In this document: positions 1 through 13,125 of the stretch, piece by piece
How positions within the stretch are numbered: the stretch's first letter is position 1
How the letters are laid out: each line of letters begins with the position of its first letter
Assembly: GCF_001194135.2 (NCBI RefSeq)
Contig: NC_068999.1
Location: 7,301,574 to 7,345,598, forward strand
Origin: Octopus bimaculoides
Taxonomy: Eukaryota
Reading direction: 5' to 3'
DNA: 44,025 nt
Program-made: the position numbers and the translations under genes
Notes under the pieces: model-generated
What the model was told of the DNA's origin: nothing
Databases searched by the model: none
The model's input: only the letters and a program-made list of their open reading frames with translations

Positions 1-19
1 TATATATATATATATATAC

Positions 20-95
<76 letters not shown>

Positions 96-121
96 TTACG
101 TGTGCGTGTATGTGTGTGAGC

Positions 122-159
<38 letters not shown>

Positions 160-169
160 NNNNNNNNNN

Positions 170-200
<31 letters not shown>
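1..200. repeat. (TA)n/(TCTA)n/(TG)n microsatellite
   Basis: Seen directly. Confidence 0.95.
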
Positions 201-202
<2 letters not shown>

Positions 203-1053
203 CTATGCACACATACACATATGTATACATAGATACATTTCTTTTTACGTGCATACGTTCGTAGCTTATCAGGGCTGATTTATGTTTAAAGAAAAATTAC
301 ATTACATGGCTTCTGTTCGCAAAGAATTAGCTAAATTAATAAAGCCAAATTGTGTTTAGTTCCAAAAGTCACAGTATTATTTAGTTTCGGAATGGTATCA
401 TGAAGCGAAAGATTTTTTATTTTCATTTTTCTTTGCCAAAAGCAGTGAAAATGGAAAACAAAAAATTCAGATATTGGATTATATTCCTTGCGGTGAATAT
501 GTGACTTAATGTTTTTTTTTTTTTGTTCGGGCGAAATCCTTGTGCAGGTATGTACGTGAATGACAAGGGTTCTTTCTGTAAGCTTTTTATCGATCTTTCA
601 AAATGAATACGTAAACATAGTGCAATCCTGTTACACAAATACAGAAATGCACACGAACACACACATACATAGAGACATACTCACGCAGACAAGCACAGAC
701 ACAGAAAGGCACATACAGGCATGCATACACACGTGCATAAACACATACGCACATATACATAACTCTATATATTCTGATATATAGATGCACACATACATAA
801 ATACGTACATATTCCAACATGGAAAGTGGATGTAAACTGGTAACTACATACATACATATACACACACATACACACAGAGGCATATATACAAATTCACACC
901 ACACGCACATACACACACACATGCACACACACATATTTATATATAGATATACATACAAACAAATATATATAATTACATGTATATGCATGTATACATGGAT
1001 ATATATACATATAATATATGAATATATATATATATATGATAAATATATACATA

Positions 1054-1101
<48 letters not shown>

Positions 1102-2439
1102 CCCCTTTTATTCATATATACATGCATACATGCCTACGTGCGTACTACGTACATGAATGCATGTGCATACACACACACATACACACACATACATACACAC
1201 ATGGATGAGTATGTTTGAACAGCCATAATGTTTGCATGAGTGCGCACGTGTGTGTGTGTGTGTGTGCGAGTATGTATGTGTGTGTGTGTGATTGTTTGTG
1301 GTTGTGTACTTTGGCTGCATTAGTATGGACGTGTGTATTTCTGTGAGATGTTTATTTGAGTAGCCTAAGCATCAAGTCGAGTTAGACTAAACACAATTAA
1401 AGCAAGACGCTTATTAAATATTTATCGTTTTCGCGCTGCGTGTCTGAACTAACGATATTTTCTTAAAACAATCAACAGCCGGTCTCTTTTGTTGCAAGAA
1501 TTCAGTAATTATCGAGAAGAGAAAACATTTGTCTTTGGAATAAGGAAAGAAGAAAACAGCACGTAAATCAATGCAGGAAATCTGTTGATGTGATTGTTAA
1601 AACTGGCTATGTCAGGTAGATATGCTTTGTTTACTTAATTAGGTAGGCTAGGAAGCGGATGAATGAATGTGTATTCTAAGAAGGAAAATAGATGTGTTCT
1701 TAACTCGTGTACAATCTTCTGGAAGAGAAAATGTGATATGTTCTGTTATTAGTGGAATTGATATTTTGTCTAGTGGTGGGGATATGATGGAGTGAGTGGT
1801 GGTTGTAGGGAACTATTAACGAAGAAGCCACAACGAAGTCGTTCCACTTGCTAAAAAGAGTAACCAATTCGTACTTTCTTAAGGAGAAAGATCGCTGGAA
1901 TGAATAATGTGTTCCGGGTGTAGTGTGACTAGGAATATGACAGCGCAGGATATTGGCTGGGATATTTTCGATTGCAGCTTTAATCATCAGAACTCTATGA
2001 TTAAAAGTTCTCTGGAGGTTAAACAACAACAACAACAATAAACAACTAAAATGACAAAGACAACTACGGCGACCACGACTACGACATTGACAACGAAGAT
2101 GGCGACGACGGGGGTGGTGGGAACGACGATGACGAACGGATCAAATGTTGATGCGGTTTCTAAATCCGGTTGAAATGGATTTAACTTGTTGGTTAAACAC
2201 AAACCAACTCTTATCAAGTAGACTTGTGATGAGAAATATTCGAGTATTTTTTCAAATAGTGTACCTAGGACTAACTTTTCTAAGATGTCCTTTATTTTTT
2301 TGGAGAGTGAGGTCTGGTTTCAGGTGAAATTTGGTTAGTATTTCTATCAGATCCAGTGAATCATTCGAGACACCAATGCTGGTTTGCTATTAAATGGATG
2401 CATTGTGTGGTCAGTCAAGTAAATACACCTCTGTGAGTT

Positions 2440-2857
2440 CACTGCGTACAGATCCCCTCACTGCCTGGCAGCATAGAGGTACCGTCGTTGGCTGACGTGT
2501 GGTGTTTCTCTCGCTGGCTGGCAGCGTACAGACTTCCTCAGTGCTAGACTGCGTAGAGACTCCCACATTGACTGGCAGCATAGAGTCACCATCGTTGGCT
2601 GACGTGCGGGGACTCTCTCGTTGGCTGGCAGCGTAGAAGATTTCTCAGTGCTAGACTGCGTAGAGACTCCCACATTGACTGGCAGCATAGAGTCACCATC
2701 GTTGGCTGACGTGCGGGGATTCTCTCGTTGGCTGGCAGCGTAGAGGCTTCCTCAGTGCTAGACTGCGTAAAGACTCCCACATTGACTGGCAGCATAGAGT
2801 CACCATCGTTGGCCTCTCCCACCGTGTGGGGACTCTCTCGTTGGCTGGCAGCGTAGA
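2440..2857. repeat. GC-rich 107-bp tandem minisatellite (at least 3.8 copies, runs into a gap)
   Basis: The marker tcccacattgactggcagc recurs at 2561, 2668 and 2775 (period 107). Confidence 0.95.
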
Positions 2858-3091
2858 NNNNNNNNNNNNNNNNNNNNNNNNNNNNNNNNNNNNNNNNNNN
2901 NNNNNNNNNNNNNNNNNNNNNNNNNNNNNNNNNNNNNNNNNNNNNNNNNNNNNNNNNNNNNNNNNNNNNNNNNNNNNNNNNNNNNNNNNNNNNNNNNNNN
3001 NNNNNNNNNNNNNNNNNNNNNNNNNNNNNNNNNNNNNNNNNNNNNNNNNNNNNNNNNNNNNNNNNNNNNNNNNNNNNNNNNNNNNNNNNNN

Positions 3092-3230
3092 CTTTTATCT
3101 TTTACCAGTCGTTGGACTACGGACATATTGGAACACCGCCGTCGAACAGGCCGACACCAATACCTCTTTTAAGTCTGTTTCTAAATCTATCGCTTTTCAT
3201 TTGCCGAACCGGCAGGTTACTAGACTTAAA
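3092..3230 (-). mobile_element. SINE family A tail fragment
   Basis: cttttatcttttaccagtcgttggactacggacatattggaacaccgcc...ttgccgaacc is a diverged reverse complement of the family A tail. Confidence 0.55.
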
Positions 3231-3250
3231 AAAACCAACAAGCTCCCCCG

Positions 3251-3287
<37 letters not shown>

Positions 3288-3378
3288 CACACACACACAT
3301 ACACACACACACACACATATATATATATGTGTGTGTATGTATGTATGCACGCACACTATATGTATATAGTATGTGTGA

Positions 3379-3436
<58 letters not shown>

Positions 3437-3835
3437 CAGAGAGAGAGAGAGGGAGATGGTGCGTGAGGGAGAAATCGACCCTAATACCTGACTGATAATT
3501 TACTTATCGTTCCGAAAGAGATGAAAGACAAAGTCTGCCTGAAGCACAATGAGGCAAAAATAAATCTAATATGCGACGTTGAAACGATTATGCCAACTTA
3601 ACAAAATAGAATGATGTTTTATCATACGGAAAATATTCCGGTAGAGTAAAAGAAGAAACGAAACGGAAATGAATAAATGAATATCTGAATTCTATGCATT
3701 TTTGTCTTCGTAATTCCGTAATTCCTTAATTTGAAATTCAAATTTCTAATCCCACCTCATGTTGTGATGGTAGGGTTATATTGTACCTTGTATTACATGC
3801 CTTCACTAGAAAGCATCAAATGTAATTGAATAATC

Positions 3836-3945
3836 TCCTGTTATACTGAAAATAATTTGATATAACAAAATAGAATAATATTCTGTTATACTCAATATAA
3901 TTTGCTATAATAAAATCGAATAATAAATTTGTTATACTGCAAATC
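3836..3945. repeat. AT-rich ~45-47 bp tandem repeat, ~2.3 copies
   Basis: ctgttatactgaaaataatttgatataacaaaatagaataata / ctgttatactcaatataatttgctataataaaatcgaataata / ttgttatactg. Confidence 0.75.
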
Positions 3946-4501
3946 CTGATTCACAGGGGTTGTAACCTGCTATGTATGCTGTTTGCGCAATTTCTCTTCG
4001 CCCTGCATGTGATTAATTTTATTCTCTCCTCAGTGCATGACCTATTGTTTTAGAAACGAAATGAATAACATTGTTTTATATATAAATATAACAGCTAGAT
4101 ATTCAAGAAAGATATGAACAAACGAAGGTAACACAGCTTAGAAATAAACATAGATCAAACACAACAACAACAACAACAACAACAATAACAACAACCTGAC
4201 TATATATTACTTTTCGATTTTCTCAGCACAACATTATTAAATATCGTTCCGCAAATATAAATTGTTAAAATTCGAACAGTGTATGTATAAACAACCTTTT
4301 TTTGTAAATTCTCTATTTTTAATCATTGACAGGCCTATGGCGTCGCTTTGATTTGCCATGTATACATAAACACACACACAACACACACACACACACGCGC
4401 ACACACATCTGTATATCTATGTATATTTATATCTACATGTACATATGTGTGTGTATGCCTGTGTACATGCGCGTAGTATATGCCTATTTACGCATGTATA
4501 C

Positions 4502-4547
<46 letters not shown>

Positions 4548-4617
4548 CGTATGTTTGTATATGTGTGTGTAAATATATATATGTATATATACGTATATAT
4601 ATATATATGCATATATG

Positions 4618-4669
<52 letters not shown>

Positions 4670-4835
4670 AGATAATAAGAGTGAAAACACTGCAGAAGGC
4701 TTGTGTTGCATGGTTAAAGTATATATTTAAATTATGTCAGAAAAATGTTATAAAATTTTTTTTGTATTTTTGGAGAAATAACCGGTTTCGTGTTGTCTAT
4801 TCAAATGTCTCTACTTCATTGTAGCATGTGTTCGC

Positions 4836-4883
<48 letters not shown>

Positions 4884-5011
4884 TTCGTCATAAGAATTTC
4901 TAAAGTTTGGGAGACATGAAATGTTTTCAGCAAAGAAACTCGAAATAAAGTTATAAGTAATACTTTTTTCCATAGGCACAAGAATGGATATACATTCTAT
5001 TGTAGGCGAAA

Positions 5012-5549
5012 GAATTAAAGAGCAAAGTCGACTTCGGCAAAACATTTGAACTTAGACTCTGAGGACGGACGAAATGCTGCTGTGCATTTCGTTCGGCGTC
5101 ATAACGATTCTGCTTGCTTACCATGTTAGCGATAATACCATAATAATAATGATAATATTGATTTCAAAATCTCATGCATTGCCAGCAATTTTCGAGAGGG
5201 GGTTAGTCGATTATACCGACTCCAGTGCTGAACTGGTACTTATTTTATCGACCCAGAAAGTATGAAAGGCAATGTAGAACTCAGCAACATTTGAATTCAG
5301 GCCGTAAGCACGGACGGATGGACGGACGGAATGCCTCTAAGCTGCTTGTGAGCAATTCTTTTCTGCTTTAGCGTTCGACATTTCCATCCAATAATATTTT
5401 TTTTGTGGTGGGGTGGGGCACAAGGATGATATACATTCTATTGTAGGCGATACGTTCTGAGTTCAAATTCTGCCGAGGTCGACTTTGCCTTTCATCCTTT
5501 CGGGGGTCGATTAAATAAGTACCAGTTACGCACTGGGGTCGATCTAATC
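5012..5549. mobile_element. Cluster of three SINE family B fragments (-, -, +)
   Basis: 5012-5120 and ~5195-5320 are in minus orientation. 5451-5549 is in plus orientation (gttctgagttcaaattctgccgaggtcgactttgcctttcatcc). Confidence 0.8.
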
Positions 5550-6443
5550 TTCACCTTTTATATTATATAATATATGTGTGGGCAATTATTAAATTATATA
5601 TATTCTATATTATATACATTATACTATATATATATTATATTATGTTTATTATCATATTATACGTATATTATATTATGTTTATTGTTATATTGTATACATA
5701 TATTATTATATATGTGTGCATNNNNNNNNNNNNNNNNNNNNNNNNNNNNNNNNNNNNNNNNNNNNNNNNNNNNNNNNNNNNNNNNNNNNNNNNNNNNNNN
5801 NNNNNNNNNNNNNNNNNNNNNNNNNNNNNNNNNNNNNNNNNNNNNNNNNNNNNNNNNNNNNNNNNNNNNNNNNNNNNNNNNNNNNNNNNNNNNNNNNNNN
5901 NNNNNNNNNNNNNNNNNNNNNNNNNNNNNNNNNNNNNNNNNNNNNNNNNNNNNNNNNNNNNNNNNNNNNNNNNNNNNNNNNNNNNNNNNNNNNNNNNNNN
6001 NNNNNNNNNNNNNNNNNNNNNNNNNNNNNNNNNNNNNNNNNNNNNNNNNNNNNNNNNNNNNNNNNNNNNNNNNNNNNNNNNNNNNNNNNNNNNNNNNNNN
6101 NNNNNNNNNNNNNNNNNNNNNNNNNNNNNNNNNNNNNNNNNNNNNNNNNNNNNNNNNNNNNNNNNNNNNNNNNNNNNNNNNNNNNNNNNNNNNNNNNNNN
6201 NNNNNNNNNNNNNNNNNNNNNNNNNNNNNNNNNNNNNNNNNNNNNNNNNNNNNNNNNNNNNNNNNNNNNNNNNNNNNNNNNNNNNNNNNNNNNNNNNNNN
6301 NNNNNNNNNNNNNNNNNNNNNNNNNNNNNNNNNNNNNNNNNNNNNNNNNNNNNNNNNNNNNNNNNNNNNNNNNNNNNNNNNNNNNNNNNNNNNNNNNNNN
6401 NNNNNNNNNNNNNNNNNNNNNTATATATATTCATATATATATG

Positions 6444-6500
6444 CTAGTGCTCCAGCATGACCGCAGCATCAGGGCTGACACATATGAAAGAATAAAAGAA
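6444..6500 (+). mobile_element. SINE family A tail fragment
   Basis: gtgctccagcatgaccgcagc...tgacacatatgaaagaataaaaga. Confidence 0.55.
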
Positions 6501-6587
6501 TAGACATACACATATGTATATATACACGATATATATATTATATATAAATTATATGTATGTGTATGTAAGTACGTATGTATGTGTGTG

Positions 6588-6640
<53 letters not shown>

Positions 6641-7095
6641 TTCTATCTCCATATATAAGGAGATGGCTTGATCTACATATATATGCTTCAGCTTTTGTGG
6701 TTCAAAGTTATTCCTATAATTCTTTGAACAGATTCCTTCTTTAAAATTCATTTAAACATCTTCCTTTAAATGCCATTTCGGTATTGCAATTATAAAAAAA
6801 TTGACTTTGTATAATTATTAAGTCCAGACACACATTCATGCATAATTTAATCCAATTTACCGATTATTAAACACTTACTTAGTGGTAAATATCGCGCCAG
6901 CCACATTATGACGAGTGAAATTGCTACAATAATTACAGAGATAACACTTCAGAAAAGAGGCAAAAAAAAAAATGATAATAAAATGAAAGAAACCACACTC
7001 ATCTATTTGAAAAGAGTGAATACGACCTTCACTTATAAAATGCTAACCACTCACTCCCACTCTGGTCTGTGCGTTACTAACGCTTATTAGGAAGT

Positions 7096-7660
7096 ACTTG
7101 TTATTGTTGTTCTGCTTGTTCTCCTTCTTGTTGTTGCTCTCCTTGTTCTTGTTCTTGTTCTTGTTCTTGTTCTTGTTCTTGTTCTTCTTCTTGTTCTTCT
7201 TTTTCTTCTTCTTCTTTTTCTTCTTCTTCTTCTTCTTCTTCTTCTTCTTCTTCTTCTTCTTNNNNNNNNNNNNNNNNNNNNNNNNNNNNNNNNNNNNNNN
7301 NNNNNNNNNNNNNNNNNNNNNNNNNNNNNNNNNNNNNNNNNNNNNNNNNNNNNNNNNNNNNNNNNNNNNNNNNNNNNNNNNNNNNNNNNNNNNNNNNNNN
7401 NNNNNNNNNNNNNNNNNNNNNNNNNNNNNNNNNNNNNNNNNNNNNNNNNNNNNNNNNNNNNNNNNNNNNNNNNNNNNNNNNNNNNNNNNNNNNNNNNNNN
7501 NNNNNNNCCACCACCACCACCACCACCACCACCACCACCATCATCATCACCATGTTGCTGTTGTTACTGTTTTCTCCTCCTCCTCCTCCTCGTCCACCAC
7601 CACCACCACCACCATCTTCTCTTTCCTTCTCCTCTTCCTCTTCCAGCTCCCTTTCTTTAA
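7096..7660. repeat. Trinucleotide compound repeat (TTG/TTC)n, gap, (CAC/CAT/CTC)n
   Basis: Seen directly. It is the source of the poly-F, poly-E and poly-H ORFs. Confidence 0.95.
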
Positions 7661-8199
7661 TTTCCTTCGTATACTCCTTCCGTCTTCTGACGTAATCGAT
7701 TAGCCCTCGCTCCAACCCCAACCCCTCCACGCCGCGTAAATTTCATGCATCTTCCCTATACAAGAAATATTAATTTAATAGTTCAATTAAAACCATTGCG
7801 GATCGTATTTAATTTATCACTCACACACACACACGCCCCCCCACCCACATGCAATGAGTTTCCTCATTGAAGGAGCTTCCTGTTTGCTCGGATAATGCGA
7901 TTTACCTTAGCGATTATTACGACTGCAACAGTTTACGGCGCTTGCAAACTCCATTCAAAGTTTTTGATAATTATATTTCCCTGTATAAACTTGTTACAAA
8001 TATATCAATCACCGGTGTATTTCGTTAAATTAAAGCGAATAATTATAGTTGAATTATCGATCTCGTTTAATCAATATCTAGGCATGATAAATCACTTGAT
8101 AGGTTTTACAGCTATCTATGGACACATCATGAAACAGTCTCAATAGCAAAGAATGCAAAACTCCGTCGTTAATGCTGTTGCTTCTGTTGTTGCCTTTGT

Positions 8200-8207
8200 T
8201 ATTATTA

Positions 8208-8278
<71 letters not shown>
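8200..8278. repeat. (ATT)n microsatellite
   Basis: Seen directly. Confidence 0.95.
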
Positions 8279-8280
<2 letters not shown>

Positions 8281-8473
8281 TGCTTTGGATGAATGTTTTA
8301 CATTCGGGATGAATGTTCTTGACACCAGGGTCACGACCAGTTTCCTTAGATATCAAAGACCTTTCTTAAAATCCTTGCTTTTCTGAATAGAGCAGAATTC
8401 TTAGAATCAATGCAACTGTTGGAGTTACACTAATCTCAATAAGGGAACTGCTAAGTCTGCCGATGACGGTACC

Positions 8474-8596
8474 TCTTCTTCTTCTTCTTCTTCTTCTTCT
8501 TCTTCTTCTTCTTCTTCTTCTTCTTCTTCTTCTTCTTCTTCTTCTTCTTCTTCTTCTTCTTCTTCTTCTTCTTCTTCTTCTTCTTCTTCTTCTTCA
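8474..8596. repeat. (CTT)n / GAA-type microsatellite, ~40 uninterrupted units
   Basis: Seen directly. Confidence 0.97.
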
Positions 8597-8679
8597 TTTG
8601 ACGTTTAGGGAAATGTGGAAGTCTTTGAAGTTTCGAGCCTACGCCCTCCGACAGGAAGCGATGAGGGGGAAAAACAAAG

Positions 8680-8850
8680 GAGAGAGGATACGACATGCTT
8701 CCTCAAAGTCCTTTTCCATCAAATTCTCTTTGAAGGCATTGATCTGCCTGGTGCTATAGTAGAAGACATGCCTAAAGTCCGCGTAGTGGGACAGAACCCA
8801 ACCGCGTGACTGCTTAGTGAGATTCTCAAACACACAGCTATGCACGCATG
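8680..8850 (-). mobile_element. SINE family A, diverged
   Basis: gctatagtagaagacatgcctaaagtccgcgtagtgggacagaaccc...cacacagctatgc matches the reverse of the family A head. Confidence 0.65.
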
Positions 8851-9163
8851 CGCCTACGCTTACAAATATAACATTTGACTTGCAGTAAGTTTTTTTGCCC
8901 ATATGTTGACGCGTCATGTATAAGCAACGAAAGGATGCTTGACTAAACGAGTTGTTGTAGTCTACTCTGCATTGCTAATGTATTTCTGATAAAGCTTTCA
9001 ATTATCGCTACATTGTAACGGCTAGCAGTGAATTTGCTATTGTTTATGTTATGCAGATGGCGTCTATGAGTAAATGTCTCTCTGATTCATATACTCCAGT
9101 TTTCGGCTTGTTGATTTAATTATATCCAGGTCAACTTCGTTGTCTATCATTCCGGAATTCATA

Positions 9164-9194
<31 letters not shown>

Positions 9195-9218
9195 AGGTAT
9201 ATATNNNNNNNNNNNNNN

Positions 9219-9251
<33 letters not shown>

Positions 9252-9496
9252 CATACATACTTACTTACACACATATATATATATATATATATATATGTAT
9301 TGCATCACTCAAGTTAATAGACTGTTTTCATCAATTAATTAATAACACCTCATTTAATGATTTAAAACTCTATGATAATGTGGGAAATCGATATATTATC
9401 AAATACCTAACTAAATATCCCATAATTAACTATTTATTTGAAAGCACCTCTGCGCCATAATATTTCTTAATTATAATAATAAAAACTACTAAAAAT

Positions 9497-9860
9497 GATT
9501 AGCTGTAACCATTAACTACGACCAGTTGTGACTATTAGCTATGATCAGTCATAAATACTAAACATAATTAGCTGTAGCTGTTAAGTATTACTAGTTGTAA
9601 CTATTTGCTAAGATCAATTAATTATAACTGATTGTAACTGAAATTACAATCAATCGTAATTGTTAGTTAGCTATGACTAGGTTTTTGCCTTAAGCATTAT
9701 CATATGTAACTAAACCTATGATGAATTGTAACTATTCATTATGACCAGCTGCATCTGTTATGACAAGCTATAGCTATAAACTAAGATCAGTCGTAATCAT
9801 TTACTAAGACAAGTTACAATTATTCACAACAGCTAGGTGTAACTGTAAATTTGACCAGCC
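9497..9860. repeat. Degenerate ~21-bp minisatellite
   Basis: Recurring variants of tatgaccagttgtaactatt(agc) across ~360 bp. Confidence 0.65.
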
Positions 9861-10432
9861 GTTTAAATATCTAAATATATAGAATATAATTTTATCTGTA
9901 ATTCACTGAGGAGAGTAAGTGTGGAGAAAACGAAATTAACTGTGTTTGTGCCTTTCTCAGAGAGGAAAAATATCAGCATATGTGAGAAGAATAATCTAGA
10001 AAAAATATCCAACCAAGAATTAGCATCGCTTCTATAACTTACACCCTACTGAATAATACTCGATACTAAATCTATTATTCCTAACGTAGTTCACTATATA
10101 TTTACAAACGTAGTCAACCGTATCATGCAATTACTTTTATATTGCGAATAGTTATTCATGGATGTCATATATAAAACACTTCTCTTAATGTATCCTTCAA
10201 AAGCTAAGCATCATTTCACATAAAAAACTATACAGCTTTATTTTTTATATACATAGCCATTGATGTACCATATTCTGCTTTTGCTGTTTGTTTTTCGATA
10301 ATGATAAACAAACTCCTTTTATCGACTTGCATTAACATGATCGTTTAACTTTCGTAGCTCCACACTGCTTACTTTTAGACTTTTAAAACATCTCTTATTT
10401 TTTTTTGTTCTGCTTATGAATATGCATACAGG

Positions 10433-10610
10433 AACGGGTGTGAGCTGTGTGGTTGAGAAGCTTGGTTTGCTACCAGGCGATTTCGGAGCTTCGGATTCAA
10501 ACCTTCTAAGTGTTGTCTATGACAAGGTGTATTCTGCTATAGCTACGGCCACTCGACCGCTGCCTTATAAGTGAATTTGATAGATGAAAATTCTGTAGAA
10601 TCCCGTCGTA
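10433..10610 (+). mobile_element. SINE family A, diverged
   Basis: gctgtgtggttgagaagcttgg...ttctgctatagc...gtgaatttgatagatgaaaattctgtagaatcccgtcg, followed by (TACA)n. Confidence 0.7.
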
Positions 10611-10721
10611 TACATACATACATAGACACACACACATACATACGTACATACATACATACATACATACAGACAGACATACAAACAAGCATACATATATAGA
10701 TGTACATATTGGGCTCAACAC

Positions 10722-10900
10722 CCTCCTCTCTTCATCTGACTCCCACCTCTCCTCTCTTCATCTGAGACCTACTTCCTCTCTTCATCTGAGACCTACTTCC
10801 TCTCTTCACTCCTACCCACCTCTGCTCTCCTCTCTTGCTCTGACACCTACTTCTTCTCTTCACCCCTACCCACTTTCTCCCTTCATTGATACCCCTTCCA
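10722..10900. repeat. Polypyrimidine minisatellite, ~24-27 bp unit
   Basis: tcctctcttcatctgagacctact occurs in tandem with variants. Confidence 0.85.
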
Positions 10901-11007
10901 TCGTCCTCACACTCACACGTTACAGACACATTTGCAGGCTATTCTAAGGTTTCTCGAGCAGCGACGAGTCAATATATTCGAGATTCTTCCACAGAATTCA
11001 TTATAAA

Positions 11008-11069
<62 letters not shown>

Positions 11070-12224
11070 NNNNNNNNNNNNNNNNNNNNNNNNNNNNNNN
11101 NNNNNNNNNNNNNNNNNNNNNNNNNNNNNNNNNNNNNNNNNNNNNNNNNNNNNNNNNNNNNNNNNNNNNNNNNNNNNNNNNNNNNNNNNNNNNNNNNNNN
11201 NNNNNNNNNNNNNNNNNNNNNNNNNNNNNNNNNNNNNNNNNNNNNNNNNNNNNNNNNNNNNNNNNNNNNNNNNNNNNNNNNNNNNNNNNNNNNNNNNNNN
11301 NNNNNNNNNNNNNNNNNNNNNNNNNNNNNNNNNNNNNNNNNNNNNNNNNNNNNNNNNNNNNNNNNNNNNNNNNNNNNNNNNNNNNNNNNNNNNNNNNNNN
11401 NNNNNNNNNNNNNNNNNNNNNNNNNNNNNNNNNNNNNNNNNNNNNNNNNNNNNNNNNNNNNNNNNNNNNNNNNNNNNNNNNNNNNNNNNNNNNNNNNNNN
11501 NNNNNNNNNNNNNNNNNNNNNNNNNNNNNNNNNNNNNNNNNNNNNNNNNNNNNNNNNNNNNNNNNNNNNNNNNNNNNNNNNNNNNNNNNNNNNNNNNNNN
11601 NNNNNNNNNNNNNNNNNNNNNNNNNNNNNNNNNNNNNNNNNNNNNNNNNNNNNNNNNNNNNNNNNNNNNNNNNNNNNNNNNNNNNNNNNNNNNNNNNNNN
11701 NNNNNNNNNNNNNNNNNNNNNNNNNNNNNNNNNNNNNNNNNNNNNNNNNNNNNNNNNNNNNNNNNNNNNNNNNNNNNNNNNNNNNNNNNNNNNNNNNNNN
11801 NNNNNNNNNNNNNNNNNNNNNNNNNNNNNNNNNNNNNNNNNNNNNNNNNNNNNNNNNNNNNNNNNNNNNNNNNNNNNNNNNNNNNNNNNNNNNNNNNNNN
11901 NNNNNNNNNNNNNNNNNNNNNNNNNNNNNNNNNNNNNNNNNNNNNNNNNNNNNNNNNNNNNNNNNNNNNNNNNNNNNNNNNNNNNNNNNNNNNNNNNNNN
12001 NNNNNNNNNNGCCTCGAAGGGTTTTCGTCAAATAAATCGAAATCAGATATAACTTTACTTCTGGTTCTTATTCTTATCGATCTCTTTGCTCGGCATCTAT
12101 GTCACGGAGACGTATGTAAGCGTACAACGCCTGTCACGAGAAGGACAAAGTCACGCACAATGATACACGCGCGCGTTCGCATATATACATACATAAATAC
12201 ATACATACATAACATATGTCTGTC

Positions 12225-12264
<40 letters not shown>

Positions 12265-12274
12265 CCTATTTGCG

Positions 12275-12428
12275 TAACAGGCTCCTTGAAATTTCTGTCT
12301 ATTGCTATGCTTTGGTAGATCCGAAGCTATAGTAGAAGATACTTACGGAAAGTGCTTTATAGTGGGACAGAACTCAAGATCACAAGTTTGGGAAGTAAGC
12401 TTCTTAACCACACAGCCACGTCTGCACA
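12275..12428 (-). mobile_element. SINE family A, diverged
   Basis: + strand gctatagtagaagatac...agtgggacagaactc...gggaagtaagcttcttaaccacacagcc is the reverse complement of the family A head. Confidence 0.7.
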
Positions 12429-12611
12429 TATATATATATATAGTTCTTTGACTGCTATTTCTAAATTTTCAGTATATTGGAGAAGCAACTCAAGCTAATC
12501 CCTGTATATTTTAAGATTATAAATGGTTTTACCGATAAAGGTTTTTTCATACTGAACTACTTGGCAAAATTGTTAATTATTAATTTTATTACTAATTGAC
12601 AATTCCCTGCC

Positions 12612-12612
12612 C

Positions 12613-12693
<81 letters not shown>
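12612..12693. repeat. (TCTA)n microsatellite
   Basis: Seen directly. Confidence 0.95.
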
Positions 12694-13043
12694 ACACTTA
12701 CTAAACGGCAGCATATATGCTTTGCCTCATTTTGAAATGCTAGCTGTATGTTCTCTCTACCGCGCTTTATATTTCGCTTTCTTTCACACGTACACCTTAA
12801 ATACTCACATTCACAAGCATATATGCATACACACATATACATTAAAAGAATGCACATATACACACATATATATTGTAACTTATTAATATCGTTATATAAA
12901 CAGTGCGGCACATGCAATCTTTCAAAATTTTATCATCTCCCTTTCTATCTCGTTCATGACCGCCTTAAATCGCATAAATACACTAAATTAGACATACACA
13001 CTCGCATACACAAACACGTGCATATATATATATATACATACAT

Positions 13044-13125
<82 letters not shown>

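Noticed and set aside
1809-1905. RVTNSYFL resembling the GPCR TM2 lead-in (TNxF), a candidate for the missing exon
   Set aside because: No hydrophobic helices on either side, and in-frame stops close by.
1700-2038. 112-aa minus-strand ORF with KAAIENIPANILR, faintly like a transposase C-terminus
   Set aside because: The surrounding residues lack any other transposase motif, so the evidence is insufficient.
2440-2857. CRISPR-like array or repetitive protein
   Set aside because: Units are contiguous with no unique spacers, the context is eukaryotic, and the 107-bp period is not a multiple of 3, so frames shift between copies.
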